Source of the DNA: a phage
Sequence record: PZ445407.1
Direction: 5' to 3' (one strand)
Length of the DNA stretch: 47,731 bases
Shown: positions 44,231-47,731 of the stretch, piece after piece
How positions within the stretch are numbered: the first letter of the stretch is position 1
Layout: each line of letters begins with the position of its first letter
Position numbers and translations under genes: made by a program
The notes under the pieces: generated by a model
What the model saw: the letters and a program-made list of their open reading frames with translations, nothing else
Database searches by the model: none
Told to the model about the DNA's origin: nothing

Positions 44231-44244
44231 TTGTTAAAAAGAAC

Positions 44245-44273
44245 TTGCACCACTGACCGGAATTATATAATAT
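44245..44273 (+). promoter_or_regulatory. sigma70-like promoter (-35 TTGCAC, 17-bp spacer, -10 TAATAT) driving non-coding region and tRNA
   Basis: Hexamers read directly from sequence. Confidence 0.4.
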
Positions 44274-44279
44274 TAACCA

Positions 44280-44640
44280 CGTAGACAAACGAGGCCACTA
44301 AGTGGCAACGGCGCACGGAGCGCACTACGCGGTAAGTCCGCTGCTCATTAAGTAGCGTATGCGGCGCATCTGGTCCATGAGGATAAGGCGTAAACCTCAA
44401 CCAACTTCCCAGTATGGGCTTTATTCCCTTAGGGACTTGAAGACCTAGCGCAAATAGGCCGACATGGTCCAAGTCGAAAAAACTGACCAGACCTGAGCAC
44501 GTCATTAAAAGAGCTTTCTGTTAATCGGTCGTTTCAGGCGACCCCGGAGCCGTAACCGGGATTTATATGGGTGGCATTTATGTCATCTTGTAAATTGGTC
44601 GTAAAGGCGACCCCGGAATCATAACCGGGACTCATTCAAA
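44280..44640 (+). ncRNA. candidate structured non-coding RNA / tRNA precursor leader with duplicated double-hairpin unit
   Basis: No convincing ORF; GC-rich; two ~34-nt direct repeats (44527..44562 and 44596..44630) each forming two 5-bp hairpins. Confidence 0.3.
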
Positions 44641-44718
44641 GCTCTGCTAGCTCAATTGGATAGCAGCAACGACCTTCTAAGTCGTAGGTTACTGGTTCGA
44701 ATCCAGTGCGGAGCGCCA
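44641..44718 (+). tRNA. tRNA-Arg (anticodon UCU), CCA encoded
   Basis: Acceptor stem GCTCTGC/GCGGAGC, anticodon stem ACGAC/GTCGT with loop CTTCTAA, canonical T-arm GGTTCGAATCC, 3' GCCA. Confidence 0.8.
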
Positions 44719-44745
44719 AATTAAACCAATAATCCTGGGGGATTT

Positions 44746-44928
44746 ATGAAAACTGTAACATTCATCGTAAAAGATTCAGGGACGGGAACCGTTCAGAAGT
44801 TTAACGCGAAATTAACCTACAACAAAGGTGGAAGTAAAGAAGTTAGAGGCTCACTGGGCGGCGTGATGGTTGAGGCTCGACTCCCGATTATCTACCCTGA
44901 TGACGAGCGCCGCAATGTGGGACGTTAA
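44746..44928 (+). CDS. hypothetical protein
   Basis: ORF track; RBS gggg. Confidence 0.35.
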   Translation: MKTVTFIVKDSGTGTVQKFNAKLTYNKGGSKEVRGSLGGVMVEARLPIIYPDDERRNVGR

Positions 44929-45097
44929 ACTTTCAATCAGACTAATGGGCCGAAGTTGCAAGAATTGCACTCAAGATTATATCGCGTCAGTTGCCGCAAT
45001 CAGCGCTGAGGATGCGGTAGCGAAAGTAAAAGAGTTGTCAGGCGCTGATCCAGACACTCACAAATTCCTGGTAGCTTACGTTCGTGAGCGAAAGTAA
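44915..45097 (+). CDS. hypothetical protein
   Basis: ATG 44915 in frame of track ORF 44870..45097. Confidence 0.35.
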   Translation: MWDVKLSIRLMGRSCKNCTQDYIASVAAISAEDAVAKVKELSGADPDTHKFLVAYVRERK

Positions 45098-45141
45098 AAA
45101 GTGTTATACCCTCGTTAAGTTCCGTTTCTCTCGTTGTTTTT

Positions 45142-45165
45142 AGCCCTCGCTTGAGGGCTTTTTTT
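45142..45165 (+). terminator. rho-independent terminator
   Basis: agccctc-gctt-gagggct + TTTTTTT. Confidence 0.6.
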
Positions 45166-45175
45166 CGCCCGCATG

Positions 45176-45204
45176 TTGACAACAATATATAGGTGCATTA
45201 GTAT
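45176..45204 (+). promoter_or_regulatory. sigma70-like promoter (-35 TTGACA, 17 bp, -10 TAGTAT)
   Basis: Hexamers read directly. Confidence 0.45.
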
Positions 45205-45245
45205 TAACTCATCGGGGCGACCCACTAACCAGAAGGAGATTCAAA

Positions 45246-45482
45246 ATGATTACATTAAAAGCAATTCACAAAGACGGTAGCGAGCAGGTTTTTGAAGTTA
45301 AGAATTTTGGCTACAGAGCTACGCAGAACCGTATTGATGCTGTTGATTGCGATTGCCAACCTTTCAGTATTTACCTTAATGATGACTCAGTTGCTATTGT
45401 GTACGCAATGAACTCAAGAGGGGCAACTATTGGTAAATACTCTCTTATTGAGTCGGTAGGACTACGAGATTACATATCTTAA
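45246..45482 (+). CDS. hypothetical protein
   Basis: Behind canonical promoter, RBS aaggag; terminator follows. Confidence 0.45.
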   Translation: MITLKAIHKDGSEQVFEVKNFGYRATQNRIDAVDCDCQPFSIYLNDDSVAIVYAMNSRGATIGKYSLIESVGLRDYIS

Positions 45483-45486
45483 ATTA

Positions 45487-45510
45487 GAGCCCCTTAATTG
45501 GGGCTTTTTT
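45487..45510 (+). terminator. rho-independent terminator before terminase genes
   Basis: agcccc-ttaatt-ggggct + TTTTTT. Confidence 0.55.
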
Positions 45511-45555
45511 ACGCCTGTAACATGGTATAATATAACATCAACAAAGGAGGATTAA

Positions 45556-46062
45556 ATGAGCAAAGCAGCATTAAAGATGGGTGAGGGAAATTTCAAGGCG
45601 CTTTACAACAAGAAGTATGGCGATATTGCGATGGTGGCTATTAACCGCAAGTACACGCCTGAGGAAGTTTTCGATTTCGCTGTTCGATACTTCTCCTGGG
45701 CTGAGACTGAGGCAATCAAAGCAATTGAGACGGCGGCATTCCAGGGTGTGGTTAGTGAGAGCCTTGTGCACAAGCCTCGAGTATTCACATTAACCGGGCT
45801 GGCGCTCTTTATGGGTGTTAATATCAATAGATTCGCACGCTGGCGTACTGAGGCTGGTTACTCTGATGTGATGGAATTCATTGATAACGTAATCTACGAG
45901 CAGAAATACCAGCTTGGCGTTGCTGGTATCATCAACTCCACCATCGTGGGGAAAGAATTGGGAATTGATAAGCCGCAGGAGATTACCATCAGCAACAACT
46001 CCACAGCCAACGACGTTGATAGCATGAAGGAAGCGCTGGAATCTGTTATTAGTAAGCTGTGA
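45556..46062 (+). CDS. terminase small subunit (putative)
   Basis: ~168 aa gene directly upstream of large terminase; RBS aaggagg. Confidence 0.55.
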   Translation: MSKAALKMGEGNFKALYNKKYGDIAMVAINRKYTPEEVFDFAVRYFSWAETEAIKAIETAAFQGVVSESLVHKPRVFTLTGLALFMGVNINRFARWRTEAGYSDVMEFIDNVIYEQKYQLGVAGIINSTIVGKELGIDKPQEITISNNSTANDVDSMKEALESVISKL

Positions 46063-46080
46063 TAAAACGAGGGTATAACA

Positions 46081-46176
46081 ATGAAAGGCTTGATTAAACT
46101 ATTCATGATGTATTATCTATTAACTAGCGTATCTCTTTGTGTCTTTATGTTGGTGGTTAAATTATGGCTAATTTAG
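46081..46176 (+). CDS. hydrophobic micro-ORF (31 aa) overlapping terminase large start
   Basis: Hand-translated; RBS gaggg. Confidence 0.2.
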   Translation: MKGLIKLFMMYYLLTSVSLCVFMLVVKLWLI

Positions 46177-47731
46177 TATGGGAAGAAATGACCATTCAGG
46201 AAAAGATGGCCGTCAAGGCGATATCAGAACACAGCTTCGAGGGCTTTCTTCGTTGCTGGTTCCAAATCACACAGGGCGAGCGATACATCCCTAACTGGCA
46301 TCACAAATATCTATGCAGAATCATTGACGAGATTATTGCAGGTGAGCGCAAGGACACCATCATCAACATAGCGCCGGGCAGCGGAAAGACAGAAATAGCT
46401 TCAATTCACTTTCCTGCCTACTCTATGGTTAAGCTGAAGAAGGTGCGGAACCTTAATATCTCCTTTGCCGACTCATTGGTTAAGCGTAACTCCAAGCGCG
46501 TACGTGACCTTATCAAATCTCAAGAATTTCAATCACTCTGGCCATGCAAGTTTGGTACGTGCAAAGACGATGAGCTTCAGGTTCTTGACGAGAGTGGCAA
46601 GGTTAGATTTGAGTCAATATCAAAGGCGGCTGGAGGTCAGATTACAGGCGCTCGAGGTGGCTATATAACAGAAACATACAGCGGGGCAGTTCTATTAGAT
46701 GATTTCGACAAGCCGGCCGACATGCTATCTCAGGTCTACCGAACTAACAATCACGTAATGCTTAAGAACACGATTCGCTCACGTCGAGCTAGTTCTGTAA
46801 AAGGCAAGGCGACACCAATCATTTCGATACAGCAGCGATTGCACGTCAATGACTCAACCTGGTTCATGATGGAAGGAGGGATGGGTATTGATTTCGATCT
46901 GATTAAGATACCAGCATTAGTTACTGAGGATTACATCGATTCACTTCCTGACTGGATTAAAGAGCAGTTTGCGGAAGACGTTTTGAGTGGTGAGTACATT
47001 GAGCGAGATGGGGTAAAGTACTATAGCTACTTCCCTAAAAAGGAATCCGTGCACGACCTAGTTGCGATGTGGGATAGTGACCCGTACACTTTCCTTAGCC
47101 AGTATCAACAGGAACCTGTAGCTCTCGGCGGCAATCTGATTAACGTGGATTGGTTCCAGCGCCTTAGTGACACATTCAGACCTCCAGCTAAGTATGATTA
47201 TCGATTCATCACGGCTGATACGGCGATGACAACTAAAAGCTATAGTGACTTCTCTGTGTTGCAACTTTGGGGCTATAAGGATGCCAGGATTTACCTTCTT
47301 GACCAACGCAGAGGCAAATGGGAGGCACCAGAGTTACAGGCTGAATTGCTTGAGTTTGAGAAGTCCGCAAGGGCCACCAGTCAGCAAAATGGAATTCTTC
47401 GAAAGATTATCGTCGAGAAGAAAGCATCTGGTATCGGTCTTATTCAATCAGCAAGTCGAGTTATGCGAACGCCAGTCGAGCCATACGTTCCGGATAACGA
47501 CAAGCTGACCAGGGTAATGAGTGCGCTACCGCAGATTAAGGCCGGTAACGTCGTTCTTCCAGGGTCAGCGACATGGCTAAATGGTTTGCTTACGGAGATT
47601 GCATCTTTCACAGCAGACGACTCACACAAGCATGACGACCAAATTGACTGCCTAACAATGGCAATCAACCTGGTACTTAACATTGCAGATGACCCTAAAT
47701 CGCGGATGTTACGCCTTGCAGGAATTAAATA
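46164..47731 (+). CDS. terminase large subunit; CDS wraps the window junction (stop TAG = 47730, 47731 and base 1)
   Basis: Walker A-like NIAPGSGKTE, Asp-rich nuclease-type C-terminal region; open to window end. Confidence 0.8.
   Translation, partial: MANLVWEEMTIQEKMAVKAISEHSFEGFLRCWFQITQGERYIPNWHHKYLCRIIDEIIAGERKDTIINIAPGSGKTEIASIHFPAYSMVKLKKVRNLNISFADSLVKRNSKRVRDLIKSQEFQSLWPCKFGTCKDDELQVLDESGKVRFESISKAAGGQITGARGGYITETYSGAVLLDDFDKPADMLSQVYRTNNHVMLKNTIRSRRASSVKGKATPIISIQQRLHVNDSTWFMMEGGMGIDFDLIKIPALVTEDYIDSLPDWIKEQFAEDVLSGEYIERDGVKYYSYFPKKESVHDLVAMWDSDPYTFLSQYQQEPVALGGNLINVDWFQRLSDTFRPPAKYDYRFITADTAMTTKSYSDFSVLQLWGYKDARIYLLDQRRGKWEAPELQAELLEFEKSARATSQQNGILRKIIVEKKASGIGLIQSASRVMRTPVEPYVPDNDKLTRVMSALPQIKAGNVVLPGSATWLNGLLTEIASFTADDSHKHDDQIDCLTMAINLVLNIADDPKSRMLRLAGIK

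Noticed and set aside
44263-44505. Minus-strand 80-aa ORF in the tRNA locus
   Set aside because: Antisense to a promoter-driven GC-rich structured region; no RBS; region better explained as non-coding RNA.
44527-44630. Second and third tRNA genes in the duplicated double-hairpin repeats
   Set aside because: No acceptor stem pairing and no canonical T-loop could be built; only two isolated hairpins each.
46164-47731. Truncated terminase large subunit at window edge
   Set aside because: Not truncated: the stop codon is completed by base 1, and the junction rebuilds a promoter palindrome, so the genome is contiguous across the window ends.
1-47731. Integrase, excisionase or CI-like lysogeny module
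   Set aside because: No tyrosine/serine recombinase-like ORF or attachment-site-like tRNA overlap was recognised; genome appears virulent, though this rests on motif inspection only.

Overview
The window reads as a complete, circularly permuted ~47.7 kb tailed-phage genome with T1-like siphovirus architecture (inferred from gene content and order; no database search was possible). The last base pair of the window plus base 1 complete the large-terminase TAG stop codon and rebuild a promoter palindrome, so the window end joins its start. Content: small and large terminase, portal, head and major capsid genes, a lambda/HK97-style tail module (major tail, G/GT chaperones with a -1 frameshift site, tape measure, M/L/K/I/J-like tip proteins), a Cor-like lipoprotein, a recombination module (PD-(D/E)XK exonuclease, Erf, SSB-like), a minus-strand beta-helix tail fiber and primase, a DExH helicase, a VRR-NUC nuclease, a pinholin / SAR-endolysin / u-spanin lysis cassette, a minus-strand accessory operon with a P-loop ATPase, an early region of many small genes, and one tRNA-Arg(UCU). 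No integrase or CRISPR array was seen. The strongest non-obvious signals are: (1) about 19 copies of a promoter family built on the palindrome TAGCA-N5-TGCTA about 22 bp upstream of a -10 hexamer with a conserved leader; (2) two ~100-bp iteron/AT-rich repeat elements in the two divergent intergenic regions; (3) a P-loop ATPase with a second, internally deleted paralog in the opposite orientation; (4) tandem cassettes of a hydrophobic micro-ORF plus a zinc-ribbon protein; (5) a promoter-driven ~360-nt structured non-coding region ending in the tRNA. All functional calls rest on motif recognition from the translated sequence and are hypotheses until searched.
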